A stretch of DNA of 48,552 nt from an uncultured archaeon (GTDB taxonomy: Archaea; Asgardarchaeota; Lokiarchaeia; Sigyniarchaeales; SOKP01). The notes below the pieces were generated by a model, which saw only the letters and a program-made list of their open reading frames with translations, was not told the DNA's origin and made no database searches. A program made the position numbers and the translations under genes. Shown piece after piece: positions 29,631 through 37,851 of the stretch. The stretch is taken from positions 1 to 48,552 of the forward strand of contig CAYUTF010000019.1 of assembly GCA_964447495.1 (NCBI GenBank), given 5' to 3'. Numbering within the stretch: the stretch's first letter is position 1; every line of letters starts with the position of its first letter.

Positions 29631-29906
29631 TTATTGCCTTACAGATTCTTTTATTAATGTTTGTAAGCATTTAGAACAGTATCTTCCACTTTCAATCCTA
29701 TTTGCTCTTCTTGATGTTCTAGTGGTTTTTTTCATTTTTGAGTCTCTTAAACGTGGTATAGATTGAAGAGGTCTTTTACAGATACTACAATGAGCTCTCT
29801 TAGGTTTAATTCTCCAATAATGTAGATTATTTTGAGTTCCAGGTAGTTTTACATTTTTGCGAGCTTGAGCCTTTGATCTTAAACCAGGTCTTGGCAAGAT
29901 AATCAC
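29631..29906 (-). CDS. rpl34e: 50S ribosomal protein eL34
   Basis: PRP..RS, K.PG, C..C..PL...PR and R......C..C. Precedes cmk-rpl14e. Confidence 0.88.
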   Translation of the reverse strand: MIILPRPGLRSKAQARKNVKLPGTQNNLHYWRIKPKRAHCSICKRPLQSIPRLRDSKMKKTTRTSRRANRIESGRYCSKCLQTLIKESVRQ

Positions 29907-29987
29907 TTTACTTCTTTTTAGTTAGGTGTGAATTATTAATTAATATGATTTAAAATATCAAAAACTTAATTAATTTTGTGATTTCAG

Positions 29988-30620
29988 CTATCTTTGAATG
30001 TTTAGTTTATTTTGAAATTCCTTATAAATTTTATAGAGGTCATCCTCAATTAAGCTTCTAAAATTTTTATTTTTCATGAATTTGTTTTTATTATTTAATA
30101 GATAATTGTGCATCTTATTAATTTGAACTTCTAATTTTTCTAACCCGGGGAATTTGCGAATGTTGACTATTAATTCATCAAATAATTTGTCTAAGAGTTC
30201 TATATCTTCAAAAAACTCTAACTTCATTACATCTAATAGAGTAATAAAAGAGCTGGTAATATTAGAAGTTATTCCAGGTAATTCTAAAAGAGATGTGCTT
30301 AAAGTTTTGGAATAATTAAGCCCCTTTTGATAGAGTTTACTGGCATAATTAAGAGAGGACACTTCATTAATGATATCGAGAGCTTGATAATATTTTATTG
30401 TAAGATTTGTTTTTTCAAGTATTTCTGAAAGAAGAATATTTTGTTCTCTTAATCTGAAATGAATTTTTAAAAGATCATTCATAACTGCTTTTATTGATTT
30501 TTGAAAAAAATTTTCTTTTAAATCCCCCTTTTGGTATCTCTCAGATAAATTAATTATAGTGTTTGTTAACGCATAGAGCTTAGATTCAATTTCAATATTT
30601 TGCTTTTTATTTTCGGTCAT
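29988..30620 (-). CDS. Vps28-like ESCRT-I subunit homolog
   Basis: N-terminal ESKLYAL...L.ERYQKG.L, core ITSSFITLLDVMKL and C-terminal DLYKIYKEF match the recalled Vps28 pattern (FITvMDaLKL ... DLe.aY..F). Size about 210 aa. Confidence 0.7.
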   Translation of the reverse strand: MTENKKQNIEIESKLYALTNTIINLSERYQKGDLKENFFQKSIKAVMNDLLKIHFRLREQNILLSEILEKTNLTIKYYQALDIINEVSSLNYASKLYQKGLNYSKTLSTSLLELPGITSNITSSFITLLDVMKLEFFEDIELLDKLFDELIVNIRKFPGLEKLEVQINKMHNYLLNNKNKFMKNKNFRSLIEDDLYKIYKEFQNKLNIQR

Positions 30621-30668
30621 TTTTCATATACTGAAAGAAAGTATTTGATTTGTTTTTGAGTAACTTGG

Positions 30669-31577
30669 CTATAATACAAAAGTGGGCCTCATAAAATAGA
30701 AAATAATGGCAATTAATATTCCAATAGTTAATGAAGAGAGGAGAACTCGAGTAGTGGATGAATTTGATAATTCTCTTATCGCTATAGAAATCAAAATTGG
30801 TATCCAAACAGCAATTATCAAAGCATCAATTAAATGAAGCACCATCCAAGTTGGAGAATTAAAGATTGCATTGAAAACATTTGGATCGAATGGGCCAAAT
30901 ACATCAAGAGGTACAGTTGGGAATGCTGTCAATACTATAAGAATATCTATTAAATTGGTTAATAGAAATGGTGCAAATGCACAAAACATCATTTTATATT
31001 TATAAGCATGTTGTTGATGTAATGTACCTCCTTTATATATACTGAAAGGACTCATTTCTGCCTGACTATATTTTACTTTTTCATCTTCTGTCCCTCCAAA
31101 TCGGCTTTCTAACCTTTCTGAGAAGTCTACCGCGTAATTCGCTCCTTTTCCGAATAACCAAATCAATACAAATCCAAATAGGAAATAATAAACAATTCCA
31201 AATAATAGAAAAGCAACAAAAATACTCATACTATACAAAAACAATTCAGGCGAATTTACGATAAAATGGCTAAAAAAAGCTAGACCCATTAATCCAAATA
31301 GCAAGGCATTAAAAAGTAATATATAATATCCTGGAGCATTTTTTCTTCTATGATTTATACTCCAAAATGCTTTATTTGGTTTTGTAAATAACCATAAGAG
31401 TTGAATGTACCATTTATCGGGAGTTTGCCATTCTGCTTCTATTCTTTTAAAAATCCAAAAATTCTCGATTCTTTCGAACATTAAACGTTTACCACAGAAA
31501 GCACACACATAAGAATCAACACGATTATCGTTTCCACATCTAGGGCATCTATTTAATATTGTTGCTGCCATTCCCAT
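30669..31577 (-). CDS. Yip1-like multi-pass membrane protein with N-terminal zinc ribbon
   Basis: CPRCG...CAFCG, then LFTKP.KAF.SI amphipathic motif, about 5 TM and IRELSNSST.R before the last TM. Confidence 0.6.
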   Translation of the reverse strand: MGMAATILNRCPRCGNDNRVDSYVCAFCGKRLMFERIENFWIFKRIEAEWQTPDKWYIQLLWLFTKPNKAFWSINHRRKNAPGYYILLFNALLFGLMGLAFFSHFIVNSPELFLYSMSIFVAFLLFGIVYYFLFGFVLIWLFGKGANYAVDFSERLESRFGGTEDEKVKYSQAEMSPFSIYKGGTLHQQHAYKYKMMFCAFAPFLLTNLIDILIVLTAFPTVPLDVFGPFDPNVFNAIFNSPTWMVLHLIDALIIAVWIPILISIAIRELSNSSTTRVLLSSLTIGILIAIIFYFMRPTFVL

Positions 31578-31709
31578 TACGCACTTTTTAAATTTTTATA
31601 TTAAACATATAATTGTAATCATATAAAAATTTCCACAAATAATTTACAATTTTAAATTAAAAGAGGTTTTTTTAAAATTACTTTTTTTTAAGATAAGGAT
31701 ATAATTTCC

Positions 31710-32780
31710 CTAATAAAATTTAATTAAGAAACCTTTTTTCTCTTTAATGATTTCAAATTTTCTTTTAGTGAATTTTGCAATTAACTGCAAATTTGTTTTT
31801 GTATGATTAGTTATTTGTAATACTTTAATTGTTGAAGGTTTGTTAATATATGCCATTAGAGGGATAAGTTGATCACTTAGGTAGTCATCAACAGGGATAT
31901 TATTATTTATATATTTCATAAGGTCTGCTGCTGTCATTTTCCCTAACCGTTCTGAAGAAAGATTGGGCTCTCCTAACACAGTTCCCGATGAAATTATTGC
32001 TTGAGTATCAGATTTAGCCCATAAACACAAACCCACTCCGGGGCTCAAAGTTTCTACCCATTTTTCTTTTATATCTAAGTCAGCTGAATATCTACCTTTG
32101 AGTTCAGATCGAATGGAATTCTTAATTCTAAGAGCTATATCACTTTTATTTCGTTTTAATTGATTACTTATGACAATTTCTCCTTTTATTAACTCGATTT
32201 CTCCTAATTCAATTAAATTCAAGGGTTTTAACTCATTTTTAGGTAAATCTATTGAACAGAGAGTTTGAGCACCACCTTTAGGGTAAAATCCGTATTTAAT
32301 TGTTTCAATTTCAATTTGCAATCCTGATTTTTTGAATAACGGGAATGTAACATGTTCCAAATAATTTAAACTAGGTGCCCATTTACCGAATGTCCCTCCA
32401 CCATTAAGCGAAATAGTAATTTTTTCATTACTAGTTATTCCAAGGCACGCTACCTGAATAGGTTGAAGCAATAACCCTATACTTGCTGCAGTTGGAATAT
32501 TAATATGTATAGTTCTATTTTTAATCATATTATTTGGTAAAAATGTTAATTCTCTTGACCCTACTTCACAGTGACTCAGAGTACTGCCTGTTAAATCAGC
32601 AAGAATTGATAACCCTAATAAGTGTTGCATTCTTAATCCAGGTTGAGGGCGATTTGCTCGGATATTTTTTATCCGGATGGGGCAATTGTAGAGGATTGAA
32701 AATCCTGCACTTAATCGAAGTATAGCACCCCCTCCTTCTCCTATTGCTCCATCTATTTCAATATATGGCATATTGTTCAT
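31710..32780 (-). CDS. rtcA: RNA 3'-terminal phosphate cyclase
   Basis: IDG..GEGGG, IRANRP.PGL..QH, GFYPKGG, D..L.DQL and catalytic T.H..TN. Probable start 32771. Confidence 0.9.
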   Translation of the reverse strand: MNNMPYIEIDGAIGEGGGAILRLSAGFSILYNCPIRIKNIRANRPQPGLRMQHLLGLSILADLTGSTLSHCEVGSRELTFLPNNMIKNRTIHINIPTAASIGLLLQPIQVACLGITSNEKITISLNGGGTFGKWAPSLNYLEHVTFPLFKKSGLQIEIETIKYGFYPKGGAQTLCSIDLPKNELKPLNLIELGEIELIKGEIVISNQLKRNKSDIALRIKNSIRSELKGRYSADLDIKEKWVETLSPGVGLCLWAKSDTQAIISSGTVLGEPNLSSERLGKMTAADLMKYINNNIPVDDYLSDQLIPLMAYINKPSTIKVLQITNHTKTNLQLIAKFTKRKFEIIKEKKGFLIKFY

Positions 32781-32787
32781 AGAAGTC

Positions 32788-33930
32788 CTAGTCTCCCATC
32801 ATTAGTGACCTTATTCTCTCAGGACCGTTAAACCTTATGATTAAATTTGCTACTTCTTTTGGAACTAACTGCGTCCATAATTTATTATTCTTTTTTAGTA
32901 AGTTTCTAATATTTGTTCCATTATATTTTTTTTTAAAAAGCCCTAACTTCTTTCCAACCTTGTAGCCCTTATTAATGAATAATTCCCGTACCCAATCACT
33001 ATTTGAGTATACAGTGTCAACTTTACCGACAATCGAGATCACATGTTCCGTCCATTTTTGCGCATTAAAAATATCGGGAATATTATATATAGAATAACAA
33101 TCAGGATTTACATTCCTTTTCTCTAATGCTGCTTCAATAAAAGCATATCTTTCTTCACTAGTAAAAGGATCTGTTTTAGTATTTGAAATTTGGGAACTTC
33201 CTATTCCAATTTTTAAGTTATTATGCTTTTTTATAATGTAATTGATAATATAGATGTGTCCGTGATGAAGCGGCTGAAATCTACCGAGAAATAAAGCTAT
33301 ATCTGCTTTTTTAATCTCATTTTTCATGATAGAAGCATTTTTCACAAAATTTTCTGTGATATTCATGTTAATTAGTTTTTTCCAAATTTTTTTTGAGTAA
33401 TCGATTGAACTTTCATCATTTAAAATAGTTTTTAATTCTTCTTTTGTAAAAAATCTACTATGAGATTCTTCTAATTCATCTTTATTAGGGATAAGAATTA
33501 CATCAGAATCCACGATTCCTATAAAAGTGTAAGCAATTTCAGTACTTTTCTTATTCTTTTCCGCATTTAAATCATAAAAATGTACATATTTTACGCTTTT
33601 TTGATCTATTCCAAATTCTTCTTTTAACTCCCTCATAGCATCTTCTTTAATATCTTTTAAGGTTAGATTTTTTCGATATTTTACATGTCCAGAAGCAGAA
33701 TCAGTATAATATCCTGGAAAGCTTGCTTTATTTTTACTTCGTTTTTGTACTAAATAAAGCGTTTTTAAATCATCTGTAATGGTAACTATAAAAAATCTAA
33801 TAATTAAATGACTTATTCCTCTCTCATGTGCTTTACTTCTCTCTAATGGAAAAATAAATTTTGAGATTTGTCCAGAATGTAAGAATTTTATGTGTTTATC
33901 AGCAATACAAGCAATAATTTCTTCTTCCAT
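32788..33930 (-). CDS. Fusion: N-terminal Nudix hydrolase + C-terminal NMN adenylyltransferase (NadM)
   Basis: QKRS..K..FPG..TDSASGHV and A.REL.EE.GI (Nudix box), then GRFQPLH.GH, GSSQ, PFT..ER, GT.IR and W..LVP (NadM). Confidence 0.88.
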   Translation of the reverse strand: MEEEIIACIADKHIKFLHSGQISKFIFPLERSKAHERGISHLIIRFFIVTITDDLKTLYLVQKRSKNKASFPGYYTDSASGHVKYRKNLTLKDIKEDAMRELKEEFGIDQKSVKYVHFYDLNAEKNKKSTEIAYTFIGIVDSDVILIPNKDELEESHSRFFTKEELKTILNDESSIDYSKKIWKKLINMNITENFVKNASIMKNEIKKADIALFLGRFQPLHHGHIYIINYIIKKHNNLKIGIGSSQISNTKTDPFTSEERYAFIEAALEKRNVNPDCYSIYNIPDIFNAQKWTEHVISIVGKVDTVYSNSDWVRELFINKGYKVGKKLGLFKKKYNGTNIRNLLKKNNKLWTQLVPKEVANLIIRFNGPERIRSLMMGD

Positions 33931-33943
33931 ATCATTCCCTTCA

Positions 33944-34777
33944 TTATAATTTAAATCTTAGAGAATCTCCTACGTGTAAGCTAAGTTTTTCTGCAGCATT
34001 TCCTTGATTTATTGATATTTCAAGGTATCCCGAAGATCCTTTTATAAATATTAACGTATTAAAATCCGAGGCTATATAAACCGATTTAAATATACCTTCG
34101 AATTCTTTCCTATTAAATTGAAATCTTAATGGCATCTTATCTACAAATTTTATTTTAGTTCCTTCAATTTTGTTATCAACTATTGGTATATTAGTTACCG
34201 CATTACCGAAGTTATCTATATATTGAATAATACAATCTATAGTATTATTTTTTAGGGAAACATTATACTCTATAGGGTAAGGTATAAAATTCTTTAGGTT
34301 GAATGTTGGTCCGAAATTTTCAAGTGGAATGTTTTTTGAAATATAAGCCCCAACAGGAGCCATAATATCACGACCATGAAATGTATTTGAAACTGGTTTA
34401 TTAAAGAATTTTTCATTTTGAATATGAATGCATTTATTAACTTCATTTATTTCAAAAATGAGAGAGAAAATTCCATTATTTGGACCAATAAAATAATAAT
34501 TTGAATTAGTTTTTACAGCTAAAATTTCTCTTGAAGTTCCTACTCCAGGATCAACAACAATTATAAAAATAGAGTTTTGGGGAAAGAGATTATAAGTTGT
34601 TTTGATGATATATGATGCTTCTAATATAGAATAAGAAGAAATATGATGGGTAATATCTATAATTGGTATGTTTGAATTAATCCCTAAAATGATAGCTTTC
34701 ATAGCAGCCGCATAATGAGAGCCTTTATCTCCAAAATCGGTAATTAATCCTATTATTTTATTAGAATTAGTATGCAT
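33944..34777 (-). CDS. SAM hydroxide adenosyltransferase / chlorinase-fluorinase family (DUF62)
   Basis: LITDFG, DITH, VVDPGVGT.R, GPNNG, TFHGRDIMAP, ID.FGN and LEISINQG.A. Confidence 0.9.
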   Translation of the reverse strand: MHTNSNKIIGLITDFGDKGSHYAAAMKAIILGINSNIPIIDITHHISSYSILEASYIIKTTYNLFPQNSIFIIVVDPGVGTSREILAVKTNSNYYFIGPNNGIFSLIFEINEVNKCIHIQNEKFFNKPVSNTFHGRDIMAPVGAYISKNIPLENFGPTFNLKNFIPYPIEYNVSLKNNTIDCIIQYIDNFGNAVTNIPIVDNKIEGTKIKFVDKMPLRFQFNRKEFEGIFKSVYIASDFNTLIFIKGSSGYLEISINQGNAAEKLSLHVGDSLRFKL

Positions 34778-34836
34778 TTTTAACGTATAAAAAATTAACT
34801 CAACGATAAAATTAGACGTTTGAATTTTTTAATGAA

Positions 34837-35739
34837 TTATTTAGATTTATATTTTTCATCTATTTTATAGAATTCTTCTAGTGCTTTGGATTTCAAGCGA
34901 TATTCTTCTTCCTTATCGAAATCAACTAATTTTTTTGATAAATCACTTGCTTCTTTATATGCAGTATAAGCAGAATGAAGATCCTCGTTTCTAAGGAAAT
35001 TTCTTGCATCTTGCACTACCTTTTCTCTTCTTTTAGATAAATCAGGTACTTTATTAGAAAAATTAGCTTTCTCTTTTAATGATTCTGCTATATCGACAAC
35101 ATACATTTCTTCAGCTAATTCTGATGCTTTTTTAAAAAACTTCGCTGCTTTCTCATAATCAAACACTTTTAATGCACTATCAGCGATATCATAATATTCA
35201 CTTATTTTCTTATGTTCTCCATCTTCAACTTTCTTTAATAGCTCTTGAGCTGTTCTTCTTTCGTTTTTACCACCACTCAGCATAAATTTGGTAACATTAA
35301 TTATGCTATTTTTAAGAGCATCTGGTTTTAAAATGTCTATCAGGGGTTCAAGATGCTCTAAATATATATCTTTCAAAATCGATTCAAATTCTTTCTGAGA
35401 TAAACTTATGACTTCCGGTCCCAGTACTTCTAAAGCTTCAGCACCCTCTTTTAAAGAAGATCTAAACGTTTCTGGTTTCTCATTTTCATTTAACAGGATT
35501 CCAATTATTACTCCTGATGCTTTTCGCTTTGATTTTCCTTTAAATTTATATAAATATGAAAGTATAATGTGTTCTTTTAACTTCAATAAATTATATTCAT
35601 CTTTTGAGTGATCTAAGTTAAGTCTTAAAAATAAATCGTTAGATATTTCAAAATTGGATTTACCTTCCTTAAAATAATAGCCTAAAACTTTATAGTCCTT
35701 ATCTAAGGGCAATATTATAACAAAACTTCCTTTAGGCAT
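34837..35739 (-). CDS. Hypothetical protein: longin-like N-terminal domain + TPR/MIT-like helical repeats
   Basis: beta-beta-alpha-beta-beta-beta-alpha pattern over about 105 aa, then two repeats of A..A....dY..A...y.kAs.La..l. Confidence 0.5.
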   Translation of the reverse strand: MPKGSFVIILPLDKDYKVLGYYFKEGKSNFEISNDLFLRLNLDHSKDEYNLLKLKEHIILSYLYKFKGKSKRKASGVIIGILLNENEKPETFRSSLKEGAEALEVLGPEVISLSQKEFESILKDIYLEHLEPLIDILKPDALKNSIINVTKFMLSGGKNERRTAQELLKKVEDGEHKKISEYYDIADSALKVFDYEKAAKFFKKASELAEEMYVVDIAESLKEKANFSNKVPDLSKRREKVVQDARNFLRNEDLHSAYTAYKEASDLSKKLVDFDKEEEYRLKSKALEEFYKIDEKYKSK

Positions 35740-35807
35740 TGTTATTTACACTCCATAGTATTATTTCATAGAATAACAATTTTTAAAAATACTAAAACTT
35801 ATTCATA

Positions 35808-36227
35808 TTATTCTTTACAACTAATAATTCTATTAGTTTCTTCCCGAATTGATTGAATTATATTAAGTAATTGAGCGTAATATAAATTATTTGATACTAC
35901 TTTCTCTACTTGTTTTATGATCTCTATTGATTTTTTCTCTTCTTCTGTGATAGATTCAATAGATTTCTTATCATATAATTCCTTAATTTTAGCATTAAAG
36001 TCATCTGCGATTTCTTGTAAATTTTCACTTGACTTCATGCGAAATTGTTTTAAAACTTCTACAATAAGACGAATATTCTCATTTACTGAAATTGTTTCTT
36101 CGGAAAATTTTTGAGACATTGATTGAATTGCAGTACTCATTTGATTAATTTGTGCTATAGTGCCATCTAAAGATGCGGTAATTTGATTGATTTTATTAAT
36201 CATCTCATCCAATAATCTTTCAGCCAA
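35808..36227 (-). CDS. Coiled-coil hypothetical protein
   Basis: Heptad pattern throughout, with a TTG start preceded by AGGTG. Confidence 0.65.
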   Translation of the reverse strand: MAERLLDEMINKINQITASLDGTIAQINQMSTAIQSMSQKFSEETISVNENIRLIVEVLKQFRMKSSENLQEIADDFNAKIKELYDKKSIESITEEEKKSIEIIKQVEKVVSNNLYYAQLLNIIQSIREETNRIISCKE

Positions 36228-36267
36228 ATTTTACACCTTTTTAATTTTTATTTTTTTAATTTTTATA

Positions 36268-36672
36268 TTATACCTTATTAGGGATTTGCTCTTTTAAATT
36301 TTTCACAGAGTTAATGGCTTCTGCAAGGATTAAATTAACTGTGTCTTGATTTAAAACTTCACCCGATAATTTCTCAAATTCTTCTAATTTTGCTATTAAA
36401 TTTACAAGAGCGTCTAAACCCAATCCTTCTTGAATTTTCTTCAATTCTTCTTTAGTACCCTCTCCAATATCTTTTAATACATTTAGATGTTTATTTTGTG
36501 TCAAGTTAATTTCATGTGAAAATTCCTTTAATTTTTCATTTAAATTAGTAACTTTTTGTTCGATATTTTGATTGAGTCCATCTAGTGAAGTTTTTAACCC
36601 TTGGATAGCTTGTCCTAACTGGGCTATTCTTTTATAGATATTTTGAAGTAGATCTGTTAACATTTCTGCCAA
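36268..36672 (-). CDS. Coiled-coil hypothetical protein, likely distant paralog of 35808-36227
   Basis: TTG 36672 (MAEMLTDLL) after GAGGTG. Heptad pattern and shared SLDG. Confidence 0.65.
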   Translation of the reverse strand: MAEMLTDLLQNIYKRIAQLGQAIQGLKTSLDGLNQNIEQKVTNLNEKLKEFSHEINLTQNKHLNVLKDIGEGTKEELKKIQEGLGLDALVNLIAKLEEFEKLSGEVLNQDTVNLILAEAINSVKNLKEQIPNKV

Positions 36673-36851
36673 TTGAAAGTACACCTCAATTATTTTTTTT
36701 TGGAGATAAAATAATTATGTAATATTTACTTCGATTATTAATATAACAGATTATTAGAATAAAAAAATTTTTATGTTTTTGTTCTTTTTGGTTTTATAAT
36801 ATACCGCTACTAGTTTAAGTATTTATTAGTACCGTAATTAAATAATACTAA

Positions 36852-37061
36852 GGGCCATTAGCTCAGTTATCACCGAGAGCTTATCTCGCCAACTGAAATG
36901 GTTAACAAGGTTTAAAACAAGCTTGGTCAACAAGCGCAGGTCTTATAAATGGCATACAGACATACAAAATTAAGGATTTGTCTGTATTTAGTAAAAACCT
37001 GAGATCCGGGGTTCAAAATGATCAATCCTAAAGATTGAACATGAAATTCCCCGATGGCCCA
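36852..37061 (+). tRNA. tRNA-Ile(UAU) with four introns (36869-36898, 36905-36931, 36949-36996, 37018-37047)
   Basis: Acceptor GGGCCAU/AUGGCCC plus A73, anticodon stem CAGGU/ACCUG with loop CU-UAU-AA, short variable loop AGAUC and T stem CGGGG/CCCCG. BHB helices UCAG/CUGA, UGGU/GUCA, UUAU/GUAA and UUCA/UGAA give a 75-nt cloverleaf. Confidence 0.82.
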
Positions 37062-37065
37062 TAAA

Positions 37066-37746
37066 TTATTTATCTAATTTTGTATCAATTAAGTTCAAAA
37101 CCCATTTTTTAATCTGCATTAAATTTTTCAATAAACCTGGAACCAAGTTGTCTGGAAATTGTTTTTCTTGATCTAATGTTTGAACATTAGTCATCCACTT
37201 ATTTAATGCTAATTGAACTAAACTTGATCCCTCTGCTTCCATAAATATTGGAACTACTGCAGCGCTTTCTCTTGCATCACCGATAGTGAAATAGATTTTT
37301 CTATTAATTTCTTTCAACATAACATAATTAGCACATTGATCTATTTTTCTTTCTACTAATATCGTTTTAAGAATTTGACTCTTTAATTCATTCTCTTTCT
37401 TAAAAAATATTTGTTTTCGTTTTTCAAGTTTTGGTTTGATCTCAGTTATCAACTTATCTCCAGTTGTTCTTTCAGGAAAATATTTTGTAATTTGTAATTT
37501 CTCATCTAATGCTTCAATAAAAGTAAACTTTTTTGTGTTTGAATAAAAAATAGTTTGAGATCCTTCTTTATTTTCGCTCGTAGATTGTTTTATAAAGATA
37601 TTTCTCATACTAACTGAATTGGTTGTATGATATGCTAATTCAAACAGTTGTTTTGGAATTAAAGGTTCATAGGGTAATTCGATTTGCTTAAATGCCCATT
37701 GAACTCGAATAACATTATTAAATTGATTTAGAAGTTGATTTTCCAT
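37066..37746 (-). CDS. Hypothetical protein
   Basis: 226-aa ORF with no recognised motif. Its stop is 4 nt from the 3' end of the convergent tRNA-Ile. Confidence 0.65.
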   Translation of the reverse strand: MENQLLNQFNNVIRVQWAFKQIELPYEPLIPKQLFELAYHTTNSVSMRNIFIKQSTSENKEGSQTIFYSNTKKFTFIEALDEKLQITKYFPERTTGDKLITEIKPKLEKRKQIFFKKENELKSQILKTILVERKIDQCANYVMLKEINRKIYFTIGDARESAAVVPIFMEAEGSSLVQLALNKWMTNVQTLDQEKQFPDNLVPGLLKNLMQIKKWVLNLIDTKLDK

Positions 37747-37851
37747 CGTATTAAAATTCCATAAATAGTTATTATTATATTATTCTTCTAGTTTTTATTT
37801 TTATTTTTTTTTATTGCCATTTAAATAAAAATTAAGACCTAAGGAAATTAG

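Noticed and set aside
36942-36997. Alternative splice giving a UAA (Leu) anticodon
   Set aside because: The variable loop is only 5 nt (Leu needs a long arm), and the BHB pairing supports a 38/39 intron leaving UAU.
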